NCBI GenBank assembly: GCA_002269645.1 | Contig: NIVC01000239.1 | Location: forward strand, 124,001-188,000 | Reading direction: 5' to 3' | Length of the DNA: 64,000 nucleotides | DNA from: Macrostomum lignano | Taxonomy: Eukaryota | Part shown: positions 62,411 to 64,000 of the stretch, one piece after another | Numbering within the stretch: position 1 is the stretch's first letter | How the letters are laid out: every line of letters starts with the position of its first letter | Made by a program: the position numbers and the translations under genes | Notes under the pieces: generated by a model | Databases searched by the model: none | What the model saw: the letters and a program-made list of their open reading frames with translations, nothing else | What the model was told of the DNA's origin: nothing

Positions 62411-64000
62411 CAACATTCCAGCTCAGTATTGGCTTTTGAATGACGCAACTTGCGCCACGGGACGCAGAGTTGGGCTGGGTGAGGAGGGATTGGGAAGAGC
62501 GGAGGGCAAGGATTTGACGGATTGAAGCTTCCGCCGGGTTTTCATTGTTTTTTTTCAAGCATTTTTTCATATCAAAATGGTTTAGCAAGGTGATAGACGC
62601 TGGTCGAAAGACACTGCTCATTTGGGGCAAAGGGTGGCGACTTTTCAATGTTTGCTGAGTATATGTGCAGGCTTGCGGGCACCTTGACCCAAAGTCTTCG
62701 GCGACATCGTCCAACAACCAGCGTACTGTACTGTACGCAGGTACACGCTCACACAAGGTGTACAGCGAGCGGCCCTTGACTTTCGATACTAATGTGCCTT
62801 GGGGGGTTGGCCCTCCTGCAGACGCACAGGAACAGAAGGCAGACACACGAAAAGTGTTAAGAGGGAAATTATCAATTTAATCCAAAAAACAAACCAAAGA
62901 AACTCTAAACGCTTTTTCATTAAATTGAATTCTTGAATTTCCATGAATTTCAACAACTGAATTTTCGACCAATTTCTAACCCAAACCCAGAATCTATCTC
63001 CCGCAAACGGTTGCTCACCCGAGCATTATAGAGCATAAGCCATGCTTATCTCTGCCCAGCAGGCACTCAAAAAAATAGCATGCACCGGTCTCCCAAAAAC
63101 TGAAACTTGACACCATTTTCTTCCATCTGTCTCTCATTCTCACCCAGCAGTAGAGGACAAACACGTGGAGAATAGTGTATACAATAATAATAATAATAAA
63201 AAGTACACAGTTCACCCAGCTAAACTTATGCACTTACTCAACAAACACTCTAAAAGGGTGCCCGCCTATTATCTATGAATAGTTGCGTACTAACCACGTG
63301 TTAAAACTGTCAGAAATATCACCGTAAAATGGGGGTAAATAACTTTAAGAAGAGAATACTGTGTTTTTACTTAACAAAAGAGGAAATATATGTAATGTAT
63401 ATGTATTCTCGAACCATGCAAATTATTAACCAGCACGGAATTAGAATAGTTTCTCGCAAATTCAAGAAAATTAGTTAATAAAAAGCTCTTTCACACGAGA
63501 AACCCATTAAAATATGAATGATGAAAATGAGGCCCTTATCGAGCAGGAAAGAGTGCCACTTTGGGCAATATGCCAGAAGTTCTATTAGTCTCACACCTTG
63601 ATGGTCACGGATAGAAATGGAATCATGATATAACTGTTAAATATAGAAACAATCTTTTAATATTGCGCACAAAACGGAACATAAGAGAAGAAATGCTGCA
63701 ACATGAAACAGACCAAAGATAAAGCCAGCAATACAGGAAAAAGCAATTAACAAAAACCCACAGTAAATATGGGATCTGAGATCACGCTGTTGCTGAGGAA
63801 AAAAGTAAATAAAAAAGTGACAGAGAGAACTCACTACATTAGAGCTGATGGTATGCAAAGAGATAAGAGAAATGCTTCTAAAGCAAAATTGCACGACACA
63901 AATTGTGTAACAATAAAAACGATAGCGCTTCTTAATCGAAATCTTTGTTTAACTATTCTAGTTTCTAAGAAAGTAATATTTCTCGGCTTAAAAATATTGA

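Noticed and set aside
62361-62846. 161-aa minus-strand ORF upstream of CSE1L
   Set aside because: No recognisable motif or splice support; it may be UTR, promoter or a TE remnant.

Overview
This is eukaryotic (metazoan) genomic DNA, not prokaryotic. GC-rich exons are separated by GT-AG introns packed with minisatellites. That style suggests a free-living flatworm such as Macrostomum, but this is an inference only. Six recognisable host genes: PGD (5' exon outside the window), a DeSI/PPPDE peptidase, PTRH2, a universal stress protein, an Acl4-like TPR chaperone and CSE1L/exportin-2. An unrecognised 2-TM ORF is nested in a CSE1L intron. Mobile DNA: (i) an 11.7-kb CACTA/EnSpm-like element (964-12678, CACTG TIRs, CA TSD) with a spliced transposase, a nested mariner and an accessory ORF that appears to start with a CIDE-N domain; (ii) a 4.7-kb TIR element (42276-46939) with large inverted subterminal arrays, encoding a BEN-domain protein and no transposase; (iii) several smaller hAT- and mariner-like elements or relics. 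Almost every longer intron and several gene 3' flanks hold their own distinct tandem array. There is no CRISPR array, rRNA or convincing tRNA. All family assignments come from motif recognition by eye; no search was run. Repeat-array boundaries are approximate.
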